NCBI GenBank assembly: GCA_965207225.1 | Contig: CBDBLV010000005.1 | Location: 1,568,001 to 1,632,000, forward strand | DNA from: Dehalococcoidia bacterium | Lineage (GTDB): Bacteria; Chloroflexota; Dehalococcoidia; Plut-88900 | DNA length: 64,000 nucleotides | Direction of reading: 5' to 3' | Shown here: in pieces, positions 10,283 through 19,324 of the stretch | Position numbering within the stretch: position 1 is the first letter of the stretch | Layout of the letters: each line of letters starts with the position of its first letter | Translations under genes and position numbers: made by a program | The notes under the pieces: model-generated | What the model was told of the DNA's origin: nothing | The model's input: only the letters and a program-made list of their open reading frames with translations | The model's database searches: none

Positions 10283-10506
10283 ATGGATGGTGCGATGCCG
10301 GCTACGCACTGGTCGGAGGACTTGTAGCCACATGTACGAATCAGGGGTGTAGTCGCCTTCCCATATTCTGTCCAGGGTGCGGCCGGGAAGACCCCATGAT
10401 GCTCAGGCACGTGGCCCGGAAGCTGGCCCACAACAGAGCCCAAAGGCGCGAATATGAGAGGTTGTGCATTTCTGCCGACCCGGAAATTCGTCACTACTTC
10501 AACTAG
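10279..10506 (+). CDS. Small Cys-rich hypothetical protein
   Basis: GTGA overlap with the GmrSD stop; CPGC motif. Confidence 0.25.
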   Translation: MNGWCDAGYALVGGLVATCTNQGCSRLPIFCPGCGREDPMMLRHVARKLAHNRAQRREYERLCISADPEIRHYFN

Positions 10507-10696
10507 GGCCCACTAGACGACTGAGAGTTAGAGCTGGTACGGGAAGACACTGACTAACTGTTGAGATGATTCAGCGAGCGCGGTGGCGGCTGAGTTGTCA
10601 TTTGGCCGACGGAAACAGGTATATAATTGCCAAATAATATGTTGCAGGTAGATGTGAGCGAGTTGGGAGTTAGCGCCAGGTAAGCGAGGATACGAA

Positions 10697-11377
10697 TTGG
10701 CAGAGGCGAGTTTACTTGCAACATGTCTAGCCTTTGACGAGTTGGATTCCGGTTCCGACATTGACCGAGCTTTCGCCATTGGCTACAGATTTCAAGATGC
10801 GCTCGGTGAGCGATGGACCCAGCGATTTTCCAGATTCAAAGCAGGCAGCCAGAAATCAGTGAGGGCCGGTGCACATCTTCTGGGTCTAGCAACACCAAGG
10901 ATCTTGGCCGAACTTGACCTCGGTGGCAAAGGCGTAACTTTCGTCCCGGCACTGTCGTCTGGTGAGACCGTTGCTTTAGAAAAACGAGTGCTTCCCGCAA
11001 TAGCGCAGTGGTGTGCCAAGAAATGTGAAGCTGAGTTTACGCTTGATCTGCTCAGGAAAAAGCCTCACGCAAAGTTGCATAGTCAGAAGAGAACCGCTGA
11101 AGAACGAGAAGCTATACTTTCGTCCGCTGAATACATGTCCGATTCGGTAGCCACGTCCAGCGTATTCGTCGTTGACGACTTCATTACAAGAGGCTCAACA
11201 CTTTGTGCGATAGCCAGCGCGATCAAACAAAATAACCCTGGAGTTACTGTCTACGGGTTGGCTCTCGCCAAGAACGACCGCCAGAGTTTTCTAGTTGACT
11301 ACGGTCACGAGTATCACACGAATGAACACATACCATCCGAGTGGGATGAAATCTGGACGAGGTATGAGCAGTCATGA
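10697..11377 (+). CDS. ComF-like type I phosphoribosyltransferase
   Basis: PRPP-binding loop VFVVDDFITRGSTL; GAGGA before TTG. Confidence 0.85.
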   Translation: MAEASLLATCLAFDELDSGSDIDRAFAIGYRFQDALGERWTQRFSRFKAGSQKSVRAGAHLLGLATPRILAELDLGGKGVTFVPALSSGETVALEKRVLPAIAQWCAKKCEAEFTLDLLRKKPHAKLHSQKRTAEEREAILSSAEYMSDSVATSSVFVVDDFITRGSTLCAIASAIKQNNPGVTVYGLALAKNDRQSFLVDYGHEYHTNEHIPSEWDEIWTRYEQS

Positions 11378-12351
11378 ACACGACATTCTATAGCGCACCT
11401 TCGGTGGAAGTCGCTCAGGTCTTGCTCTCCCTCTCGAGATTGAAGGGGATGAGGAATCGAAAGGCTTTGGATCTCTTTAGCGAGGTGGCTGACAGACTAG
11501 GTCATCTCGATCCCCGCGAGGTGTTCATGTCTCTGGCCTCCGAGCACGTCGAATACACAGATGGTCATGAAGAAGCCTGGACCAACAGCGTGCGCTGGCT
11601 AGCGGAAAGCCAAGACGCAGGCCTTGAAGCCATTCCGTTTTTTGACCAACGCTATCCCAAGCGGTTGCGGAATATCGATGACCCCCCTGCTGTGCTCTTC
11701 GCTAAAGGCCGTATTGAAGCTCTGAATACTGCTAGGAGTGTTGCGATAGTCGGAACACGCAACCCAACCCAGTTCGGGGAACGGGCCGCGCAGAAGGCTG
11801 GAAGGTCTGCGGCGGAGTTGGGAGTAGTTGTGGTAAGTGGACTTGCTTTGGGCTGCGATGCCAGTGCTCACGAAGGTTGTGTCGAGGGCGAGGGTGTCGG
11901 CGTAGCAGTTCTGGCGCATGGGCTTGACAGGGTTTACCCAGCGGCGAATCGTGATCTAGCGGAGCAGATTCTTGACTGTGGGGGATGTCTCGTCAGTGAG
12001 TTGCCGATTGGTGTGAAGCCGGCGCGTTGGACTTTTGCATATCGGGATAGGATACAGAGCGGTCTTTCTGACGGTGTACTGGTGATCGAAACAGATGTAA
12101 AGGGTGGTACTATGCATACCGTCGAATTCTCTCGGAAGCAACGACGGTCGCTGGCCTGCATTGAACACCCACATCAACTCCGTCATGAGGTTCAGGCTCA
12201 GGGGAATCAAAAGCTGATCAATCAAGGAGCAGCGATCCCTATAGCCGACCAGACAGCCCTCAGCCGCTTTCTGGCTGGCATTGAAGCGCCGACCCTGAAG
12301 AAACAACGGGCGGGACCCAAGGCGGCCGCAGAGCAATTGCGTCTGGTCTAG
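11374..12351 (+). CDS. dprA: DprA/Smf-family protein
   Basis: YPKRLRNIDDPPAVLFAKG, VAIVGTR, VVSGLALGCD, RDRIQSGLS; ATGA overlap with the PRTase. Confidence 0.9.
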   Translation: MNTTFYSAPSVEVAQVLLSLSRLKGMRNRKALDLFSEVADRLGHLDPREVFMSLASEHVEYTDGHEEAWTNSVRWLAESQDAGLEAIPFFDQRYPKRLRNIDDPPAVLFAKGRIEALNTARSVAIVGTRNPTQFGERAAQKAGRSAAELGVVVVSGLALGCDASAHEGCVEGEGVGVAVLAHGLDRVYPAANRDLAEQILDCGGCLVSELPIGVKPARWTFAYRDRIQSGLSDGVLVIETDVKGGTMHTVEFSRKQRRSLACIEHPHQLRHEVQAQGNQKLINQGAAIPIADQTALSRFLAGIEAPTLKKQRAGPKAAAEQLRLV

Positions 12352-12359
12352 TTCGTGCA

Positions 12360-12872
12360 ATGGTGATATTCGACTTCGACCAAACACTGGTTGACACGAG
12401 TTCGTTAGCCTCCCTAAGGACATCCCGCAGATGGTCTGAGGTAAACAGGAGAGCCAAGAGCCTAAGTCCTTACCCAGGTATCACGGAACTGCTTCAAGAC
12501 CTGGCTAAATGGAACCAGAGCATAGCGATCGTAACAACTAGTCCAAGTATGGTTGCGGAAGGTTTTGCAGCCAGACATGGCTGGCCCATCGACTCGGTAA
12601 TCGGTTTCCACCAGGTCAGTCGCCGAAAGCCAGACCCAGAGGGCCTTCTGCTGGCGCTTGACCGCAGCAATGCTGAGGCCCCTACGTCGTTCCACGTAGG
12701 AGACAGACCCGAAGACACCGTAGCTTCCAATCGAGCCGGCGTCGTCGCCATTGGAGCTGGCTGGGGATGCGAGGATACTGAACAGTTGAGAGAATCCTGC
12801 CCCGACTACCTGTTCATGTCAGTAGACGAGTTGCATGCATTCTTTGAAGATGCACTGCGGGATCAAGTGTAG
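12360..12872 (+). CDS. HAD-family hydrolase
   Basis: FDFDQTLVD motif I, KPDP, HVGDRPED. Confidence 0.9.
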   Translation: MVIFDFDQTLVDTSSLASLRTSRRWSEVNRRAKSLSPYPGITELLQDLAKWNQSIAIVTTSPSMVAEGFAARHGWPIDSVIGFHQVSRRKPDPEGLLLALDRSNAEAPTSFHVGDRPEDTVASNRAGVVAIGAGWGCEDTEQLRESCPDYLFMSVDELHAFFEDALRDQV

Positions 12873-13035
12873 TCATGACCAATCTCAAGTACTTTGATTG
12901 GTTGAACTAACCCACACGTGAACATGAACAAAAGATTGAAATTACATAAAATTTCCCCCAAGACTCCTTGGCAATGCCAACCGACGGAACAATCTATAGG
13001 TGGGCGGACCGGCGGGAAAATGAGAGGAGACGAAA

Positions 13036-13362
13036 ATGGCTGTCATTGCCAAATCAGATTTCCGGGATGAGAACGGACTCCCTGTGGACGTATCGCCGTT
13101 GGATTTAAGCAGCCTCGTTGTTCCCATACAAGGCAACAAAGATCGTTGGGTTGGAGTACTTCTCGGCATCGCTCACAGTGAACTACTAGCCCGCGCTGTT
13201 CAAAGATACGTGAAGGTAAGCGACGAATGGTCGGAGAAGAAAGACGACCATTCTCTTGCGCAAGAACGTCGCCTCGCTTTCATAGAGGTGCTACGGTCTA
13301 TTTCCGGAGGTTGCGATACCTTAGCACTACATGTGGAAGACAGTTACGAGCAGACAGCATGA
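13036..13362 (+). CDS. Hypothetical protein
   Basis: 108-aa ORF with GAGGAG RBS. Confidence 0.55.
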   Translation: MAVIAKSDFRDENGLPVDVSPLDLSSLVVPIQGNKDRWVGVLLGIAHSELLARAVQRYVKVSDEWSEKKDDHSLAQERRLAFIEVLRSISGGCDTLALHVEDSYEQTA

Positions 13363-13707
13363 GCTGCCGGGCGGCGTGGGTAAGAGGTATGTAATTCCCA
13401 AGAAGATAGTGTCTCGGATAGTCCCTCTCGTTGTGCTCATGGTCGTGTTCTTGGCTTCAGCCTTCAGGAACTGGATCCAGGTCGATAGGCCATAGCCTGC
13501 GAATCCCCGCCTCTCCTGCCACAGCAGGCCCTGTATCAGTCTTAACCGAGTTTGTGGCCGTTTACCAAAGGTGATCGGGCATCCTGGTGACACCCCTAAT
13601 GTCCCCCGCAAGGACATGATCTGTGCATCCACTCGAACCCTGCCGTCGAGCATGTGTGCCCGACAGGGTTGTGCTGGAGATGCCTTCACTCAAACTGAGG
13701 AATACAG

Positions 13708-14115
13708 ATGAATGAAGAGAAGAGTGAGCGTATCGTAGGCGAGAAAGAGATCATGGGAAGCCTTGTGGCTGCCAGATCAGTGCTGGAGAGCGCACTGAAT
13801 CTGTTGACGCGCGAGCAGTTGCAATTCTTGCATGAGGTTGAAGCGGGCACCCTCAATGACTTACGTGCACTGTGGGGTGGGCGGACGCCTGAAGACTTCA
13901 GATCCGGCATCTTAGAAGAGTATGACCGCCTCATGTTCAGGCTTCGTCATAAAGTGCATCTTCTTGATACTGGCCAGAGGGAATCGCGACACAGTGATGC
14001 GACCGACCGGCAATTATTCTGCCGTAAGTGTGAGATGCCGGCAGTGCCTCCTCTCGACCTTGCCAATTCGAGATGCCCGAAGTGTGGAGGTGACGAATTC
14101 CTTGAACTTATCTAG
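13708..14115 (+). CDS. Hypothetical protein with C-terminal zinc ribbon
   Basis: CRKC...CPKCGG; GAGGA RBS. Confidence 0.6.
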   Translation: MNEEKSERIVGEKEIMGSLVAARSVLESALNLLTREQLQFLHEVEAGTLNDLRALWGGRTPEDFRSGILEEYDRLMFRLRHKVHLLDTGQRESRHSDATDRQLFCRKCEMPAVPPLDLANSRCPKCGGDEFLELI

Positions 14116-14216
14116 CGTCACGATTCCTCCGAGGCCCACCCAAGTTGGGGGGAATTGATACAGCACTCGGGGTAGACATCACTAGACGGCCGCCACTCAA
14201 TTCGCTCATGACGAGA

Positions 14217-14233
14217 GTATGACGTTGTCATAC
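14217..14233. promoter_or_regulatory. Perfect 7-3-7 inverted repeat, candidate RHH operator
   Basis: GTATGAC-GTT-GTCATAC just upstream of the RHH gene RBS. Confidence 0.5.
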
Positions 14234-14249
14234 ATTTCGAGGTAAGAGA

Positions 14250-14447
14250 GTGCCCACGACCCGGAAGGCCATCACCTTCTCCATGCCCCCGGAGATGGCG
14301 GAGCAGGTGCAACAGGTGGTGAAGGAGGAAGGCCGCGCCATGAGCGAGTTCCTCCGTGACTGCATCCGCCTGTAAATGGAGGAGCGGGAGTGGCTGCGGC
14401 AGGAGCGCCGCCAACGGGCGAATGCCCGCAGGAACGGCCAGGAATGA
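14250..14447 (+). pseudogene. CopG/ribbon-helix-helix regulator with internal stop
   Basis: Reads MPTTRKAITFSMPPEMAEQVQQVVKEEGRAMSEFLRDCIRL*MEERE...; TAA at 14373-14375. Confidence 0.7.
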
Positions 14448-16110
14448 GTAAGAAGAATAACATGAAGAAGCACTTCCAGCCCTTCACGCTGGCGGTGCTC
14501 TATACCAGGGTTCCCAGCGATAGGCAGGACCTCGACCTGTCCGTGTCCGCCTAGCTTCGGGCGCTCAAGGAGTACGCTAAGGCCAACGGCTACTCCGTGG
14601 CCAGGGAGTACGTGGACGAGGCCGAGAGCGGCCGAGTCGCAGACCGACCCCAGTTCAGGGAGATGATCGAGAAGGGTGGCAAGGCAAAGGCCCCCTTCGA
14701 GGTCATATTGGTCTGGAAATTCAGCCGCTTCACCAGGAAGCGGGAGCACACCGTGGCGTTCAAGGCCCAACTGCGGCACAAGGGCATCCCCGTGGTGCCC
14801 TCACCGAGCAGGCCGAGGACAGCACCACCGGCAGGTTGCTTGAGGGCATCATCGAGAGCGTGGATGTACATTACTCGGAGAATTTGGCACAGGAGATCGT
14901 CCGTGGGATGAGAGAGGCCGCATCGAGGGGCTTCTTCCCCGCTTCCGACGCCCCCTTCGGCGACAGGAAGACCAAGGTGCAGGACGGCCCCAAGGAGCGT
15001 CCCTCGCTGGAGATTGACCTAGCCACCGCCCCGGTAGTGAAGGAGATTTTCGAGAAATCCCTGCGGGGCAGCGGCCACAAGGAGCTGAACGACCGGGGCA
15101 TCACCAACAGGGGCAAGCGATGTTACAGGGGAACGCTCCACTACGTCCTGATGAACGAGGCGTATACCGGAACCGCCGTCTGGAGCAAAACCAGTAAGGA
15201 CGGACAGGCCCCGGACCCAGAACAAGTAGAGGGAGCGTGGCCCGCGCTGGTATCGATCGAGTTGTTCGACGAGGTTCAGCAGGCGATGAGCGAGCGCGCT
15301 CCGAAGGTGCAGAGGCTTGGCAGGGTGGGGAGCAAGTATCTCCTGAGCGGGCTGCTCAAGTGCGGGGTGTGCGGCAGGGCCTACTCAGCCCAGGGAGCCA
15401 AGAGCGGGCAGTTGGCCTACTACATCTGCGGCACCCTGTTCAGGGAGGGAGCGGGGACGTGCAGCGCCGGCTACCTGAACGCCCCGAAGTTGGAGACCTT
15501 CGCTGTGGAGAAGATCAGGGAGCGGATACTGAACGAGGAGACCATCATGGCCTTGGTGCAGCTTGTGGCCAAGGAGATCGACGCCATGGCCGGGGAGCTG
15601 TCTGGCAGGCTGGAGGTAGTCGAGGCCGAGCTATCCGACGTGCGGAAGCGCCTCGAAAAACTCTACGAGGCCATTGAGATCAGCGAGTTGACCCTTGAGG
15701 TCCTGTCGCCCCGAATCATGTCTCTGAGACACCGAGAGGAGCAGCTGGAGGCTGCGAGGGAGGACGCCGAGACCCAGCTTGAGCAGCGCCGGGTGGAGCT
15801 GCCCGACACCGAGGAGATAGCCCGGTACGTTGCAGACTTCCGGGAGTTCCTGAAGGACGGGACGATACCGGAGAAGAAGGTGCTCATCCGCAACTTCGTG
15901 GAGGGCATCAAGGTGGAGGGAGACGAGGCGACGCTGACGTACACGGTCCCCATGCCGAGCGACGGGGCGATGTCCGAATCGGCCTCGGTTCTTGATTTCA
16001 TCAAGTCCAGCCCACCAACCAGCATTGAAACCTTATTCCAAGAAAATCTCCCAATATGGATTTACTGGTCGTCAGCTTGGTCAAACATCACTCGAGTCCG
16101 CAACGCCTAG
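14444..16110 (+). pseudogene. Large serine recombinase, inactivated
   Basis: Catalytic YxRVS reads YTRVP; TAG at 14552-14554; frameshift near 14800; recombinase domain, CGVC...C...C zinc ribbon and coiled coil retained. Confidence 0.85.
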
Positions 16111-16190
16111 CAAATGCAGATTTGTGGTGTCGATTGTCTTGCAGGCCACTTAGGCCTGCTACTTGGCTCGTGGGCCGATGCCTGTCATAT

Positions 16191-16490
16191 CTATAGCTGC
16201 CGCCTGTTGCCTAGGGGTGGCTCATCGGGCAGATCCCTGTGAGGAATCATGAGTACGCTATCCCGTAGACCCATGCTTTCAGCCAAGGTCAACAGATGGA
16301 ATAGGTGGGCGGCACCGGGTACAACGCCCCTAAACCGCCATTGCCTGATCCTGTAGGAGCTAACTCCAAGAATCTGGGCCAAATGCCTCCAGGAGAATCC
16401 GCTAACATCTTTAAACTGCGCGAGCCGTTGCGGAAAATCTTCGGGAAAACTCAACTTGGCGGATCTATGGACCTTCCGTTGGACTCCCAA
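16191..16490 (-). CDS. XRE-like HTH protein
   Basis: SWRHLAQILGVSSYRIRQWR HTH; paralogous to the adjacent ORF. Confidence 0.65.
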   Translation of the reverse strand: MGVQRKVHRSAKLSFPEDFPQRLAQFKDVSGFSWRHLAQILGVSSYRIRQWRFRGVVPGAAHLFHLLTLAESMGLRDSVLMIPHRDLPDEPPLGNRRQL

Positions 16491-16494
16491 GATA

Positions 16495-16866
16495 CTATCC
16501 CTGCACCTTCTTCACGCCGGGACCCGCTGCAACATTTGGCATGAAAGCCTCTCTGAAGCTGGCTCCTCCAACCAAGGCATCCTGTACCCGCTGTTCAGGC
16601 AAGGGGATGTCCGTCCCTAGTAAGATATGGACCCCTCCCGGAAACCTGGACGCCAGGGTAAAGAGGCCGAACAGTGCATCTCCACAAGGCTTGGCGCCGT
16701 GCCGCCAGCGCCGGAGCTGTCGAGGGTCTACGCCCATACAGTAGGCCATACCGTCCCAGGTGAGGCGGCTGATCCTCTTGAAGTATTCCAGACGGTCCAC
16801 GAAGTCATCCGGAAGAAATGGTAGACAGTGCAGGGTCTCTGGAGGTTGTTGGGATTTGCGGCTCAT
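16495..16866 (-). CDS. XRE-like HTH protein
   Basis: TWDGMAYCMGVDPRQLRRWRHGAKP HTH. Confidence 0.7.
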   Translation of the reverse strand: MSRKSQQPPETLHCLPFLPDDFVDRLEYFKRISRLTWDGMAYCMGVDPRQLRRWRHGAKPCGDALFGLFTLASRFPGGVHILLGTDIPLPEQRVQDALVGGASFREAFMPNVAAGPGVKKVQG

Positions 16867-17102
16867 TCGACGAGCTCCAGAATAAACAGGTCATCAAAAC
16901 TGTTTATGCCAAGGACCTCCTGAAGATGCTTGCGCATCTCGGCCGATGGGCAACGTGTGCCTGTCATCAACTGGGAGAGATATCCCGAAGTGATGCCGAG
17001 CTTGCGAGCCAGCGCGTTCTGGCTCATGTTGAGTTGATCGATGCGATCCCAGACGCAACGTTGATTTAGCCTGACCTTTGCGGCAGGGCGTCGTCCTTTC
17101 AT
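16863..17102 (-). CDS. Cro-like XRE HTH protein
   Basis: MSQNALARKLGITSGYLSQLMTGTRCPS; strong AAGGAGGAG RBS. Confidence 0.9.
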   Translation of the reverse strand: MKGRRPAAKVRLNQRCVWDRIDQLNMSQNALARKLGITSGYLSQLMTGTRCPSAEMRKHLQEVLGINSFDDLFILELVE

Positions 17103-17400
17103 GTGAACTCCTCCTTAACAGCGCGGTCCTCACCTGCGGGTGCCACACCAGCGTCATATATTGCTAACCAAGGATGATGACCGAGGAGTGACGGGTCGTA
17201 GCGCGGGGTTTAACGCAGGGTGAGATTTGTATTCTTGGCATTTGCATTTCCTCCCGCCCCGTGGCTGTGCGTCTGATTTTCCTCACCTTGATATCGTCTC
17301 CCCCGAAATTCGTCATTCTCCGGGGCTGGTACGCCGAAGCAGACGAGTGTATGATTCAATGCATAGAACAAACTCTCTATGTGGCTGCAGTCTAACAAAA

Positions 17401-17464
17401 ATGCTTGCATTTATGCAATAACGGAGAAGCTAATTAGCAAGTAATACACCAAATATGCTTGCAT
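17401..17464. promoter_or_regulatory. Candidate operators in the divergent XRE control region
   Basis: ATGCTTGCAT at 17401-17410 and 17455-17464; TTGCAT-TT-ATGCAA palindrome at 17405-17418. Confidence 0.5.
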
Positions 17465-17541
17465 ACATGTTACAATAGATGGCAGATGGGCGTTACAATC
17501 TCACTCATACAAGAACCACAGAATCTAAATGGAGAGTTGCC

Positions 17542-17949
17542 ATGAACGAAGAAGCCGAACGCCAAGATGAGGACGTCGGCGAGATGCTGAGGAGGCTTAG
17601 GGGGAATAGAAGCCTTCGGGGCGTCCAACGCCTGACTGGCATCTCTAACGCGTACCTGTCCCAGGTCGAAAAAGGCGACCGACGTCCCGGTCCCAGGGTC
17701 CTGAGCAGACTAGCGGCCCTGTACGGGGTAAGGCTCCAGGAACTGCTGAGGAAGGCCGGTCACCTCGACATAGAAGGAGAGGAACCAGAGGTCGACGTAG
17801 CCGCGGAGGTGGAGAGAGGTTACCAGTACGTGATGTCCGACCCTGTATTCAGGGTTGGCACGAGACCGAGGGGTCCGCTCTCTTTGGAGACCAAGAGATT
17901 CATAGTCGAATTGTACGAACGTTACACGGGAAAGAGATTGCTTCAATGA
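17542..17949 (+). CDS. XRE-family repressor (ImmR/CI-like)
   Basis: SLRGVQRLTGISNAYLSQVEKGDRRPG; divergent from the Cro-like gene and coupled to the ImmA-like gene. Confidence 0.9.
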   Translation: MNEEAERQDEDVGEMLRRLRGNRSLRGVQRLTGISNAYLSQVEKGDRRPGPRVLSRLAALYGVRLQELLRKAGHLDIEGEEPEVDVAAEVERGYQYVMSDPVFRVGTRPRGPLSLETKRFIVELYERYTGKRLLQ

Positions 17950-18905
17950 ACAGCGCCATGCTTGACCACTTTTGCCATAGCCTTGCTGGCAGCCGGACCC
18001 GCCCCGAAAAGCTCGCACCGGGCGAGTTGGCCCGGAGGTTCGTCGGGCACTTCGGGTTCTCGTCGTTTCCCCGAATGGGTGAAATGGTGAGGGTACTGAG
18101 AAGTGCCGGAATAGAGACCGTGGCGGACCCCAAACTGGACAAAGGGCTCAGGGGAATGCACGTGGGTAGTAGCAACGGGACCTACGTTATCAGGTACGAT
18201 GCCGCCGAGACGGAAGGGACCCAGGAGCACACGGTGTTCCACGAGACATACGAGATCATCCGTGAACGGTTGACTGATCTTCATCCTGAAATCGAACGTC
18301 CCCAAGGTTCTTCTCTGTGCCGTCAGGCCGACCGGTTCGCCGCCGCGGCCCTCATTCAGCCAGGCTTCTTCGCCCTCTTTTCCGAGACCACCGGTCTCGA
18401 CGTGATTGCCCTTCAGCGAACATATGGCCGCGCCTACTCTTCGTTGACCATCCGGTTGGCCGAGGTAATGCGTCATCAGCCGCTGCTGGCAGTTCTGTAC
18501 GAGCGCCAGGGATCCAATGATCCTTCCCGGTGGGCTGCACGTCCTTCGCCGGAAGAATTCACAGCAACCGTGGTGGCCCGGACGCCGGGATTCAGGTTAA
18601 GGACCGTCAAAAGCCCACTGTCGACACTTCGGGGGCTGCTCCCTCGAAGAGGTTCGCCTCCAGCACAGTGTTCGATAGCGGAGAGAATGGTACTGACCGA
18701 CAGGTCGGCATACGTTGAGCGGGTCACGGGCTACGACCTTTGGAATGCCGACGACATCACGGTAGCCGGAAGGCTGGTCCACTGGCACGGGCGACTGGCC
18801 AAGATCTCCCTGGTCGCGGTGCCTTACAGGGACCGCAAGGTCATTGCCCCTCAGCTGAACAGGGTCTCCTTTGAACACATCCCCCATGCTCACCAGATTG
18901 TCTAG
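17946..18905 (+). CDS. ImmA/IrrE-family metallopeptidase-like protein
   Basis: EHTVFHETYE...ADRFAAAAL in the IrrE N-terminal pattern, then an HTH-like segment and a C-terminal domain. Confidence 0.75.
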   Translation: MNSAMLDHFCHSLAGSRTRPEKLAPGELARRFVGHFGFSSFPRMGEMVRVLRSAGIETVADPKLDKGLRGMHVGSSNGTYVIRYDAAETEGTQEHTVFHETYEIIRERLTDLHPEIERPQGSSLCRQADRFAAAALIQPGFFALFSETTGLDVIALQRTYGRAYSSLTIRLAEVMRHQPLLAVLYERQGSNDPSRWAARPSPEEFTATVVARTPGFRLRTVKSPLSTLRGLLPRRGSPPAQCSIAERMVLTDRSAYVERVTGYDLWNADDITVAGRLVHWHGRLAKISLVAVPYRDRKVIAPQLNRVSFEHIPHAHQIV

Positions 18906-19114
18906 CCTAGTGAGAGTTGTGTAATTCGGATACTGCCTGGTACCGACTCTCAGTCCGAAAGAGGTATGTCCGCGGTGATCAGTCACGAAGTCGCCCGGGT
19001 TGTACCGGTGCACTCTTTCCCTCCCTTGGTGGTATCGCCAGCCTGGTCGAATATGGCGAGGCTGTAGCCGGGTACCCCATCACACAGAATCAGACAACAT
19101 TAAGAGGTAAAGTC

Positions 19115-19324
19115 ATGCAAGACAGACTGTTAAGGCGTCGACAGGTTGAAGAGATTACTGGCATGAGCCGTTCCGCCATCTACAAGAGGATGCAGGAAGG
19201 TGAGTTCCCCAGGCCGGTGAGAATCGGTCCCTCCGCCGTCAGGTGGAGGACAAGCGACATCGCGGCCTGGGTGGAGTCTCGGCCGGTAGCCACAGGTGAA
19301 TTTGACAGGCCTAGCGCGGCCTAG
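19115..19324 (+). CDS. AlpA-family regulator/excisionase
   Basis: LLRRRQVEEITGMSRSAIYKRMQEGEFPRPVRIGPSAVRW. Confidence 0.9.
   Translation: MQDRLLRRRQVEEITGMSRSAIYKRMQEGEFPRPVRIGPSAVRWRTSDIAAWVESRPVATGEFDRPSAA

Noticed and set aside
11374-12351. Natural-competence locus (dprA + comF)
   Set aside because: The PRTase lacks the ComF zinc finger and the context is island defence cargo with a HAD gene
12968-12980. TTGGCAATGCCAA palindrome
   Set aside because: Single short occurrence with no assignable regulator; could be chance
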